A DNA stretch of 64,000 nucleotides. Origin: Lytechinus pictus. Lineage: Eukaryota. Positions 63,657-64,000 of the stretch are shown piece after piece (the stretch's first letter is position 1; each line of letters starts with the position of its first letter). Location of the stretch: positions 21,888,001 to 21,952,000 of the forward strand of contig NC_087250.1 in the NCBI RefSeq assembly GCF_037042905.1, in the 5' to 3' direction. The notes beneath the pieces were generated by a model. That model was given only the letters and a program-made list of their open reading frames with translations. It ran no database searches and was not told the origin of the DNA. Both the position numbers and the translations under genes were made by a program.

Positions 63657-64000
63657 TGTGTAAAGGTGAGAAAGGAGAGGGGGATGTAGCAAAAATAAAG
63701 GAAAGAGGGGGAAAAGGAATGAAGGAGCACAACAAAAAAGACCCACAAGTAAACAATAAATTACAGATATTACAAATATTATAAGAATTATTTGTACCAA
63801 AAAAAAACAGAAAAGAAAGTGACATGTTGGTGATCATAAAAGACGAGAGAGTGGGAAAGAGCAAAAGGAAGATAGAGAGAGAGAGGGAGAAAGAGAGAAA
63901 GAGAGAATTAGAAAGATCAGACAGAATCTGAAAAATGACATATCTAATCATAAGTAAACAAGATATTACAAACAAAAAAGGGTAAGCATCAATTATGATT

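Overview
AT-rich, intron-containing, repeat-dense animal genomic DNA. The SINE/MITE content suggests a marine invertebrate deuterostome such as a sea urchin (inference). I could splice two complete + strand genes by eye. The first is a 10-exon tryptophan 2,3-dioxygenase (TDO2/vermilion family; CDS 2445-15842, 369 aa). The second is a 4-exon SLC16/MCT-type MFS transporter (CDS 31178-55300, 476 aa) whose 19-kb first intron holds a deeply nested transposon stack: an L1/Tx1-type LINE carrying a PHD-EN-RT LINE, a Tc1-like foldback MITE and an IS3EU-like composite. Downstream are an orphan TDO exon-8 copy with a stop codon (60060-60197) and the first coding exon of a further TDO paralogue (62394-62410), indicating a tandem TDO cluster running off the window. 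The rest is SINEs, LINE remnants, an internally deleted hAT transposon, many MITEs with readable target-site duplications (TSDs) and microsatellites. The most unusual signal is a palindromic MITE copy (63488-63656) with about 21-23 T>C changes on the same strand in both arms and almost no other changes. That is the pattern expected of ADAR hyper-edited RNA written back into the genome. All alignments and counts were done by hand and no databases were searched.
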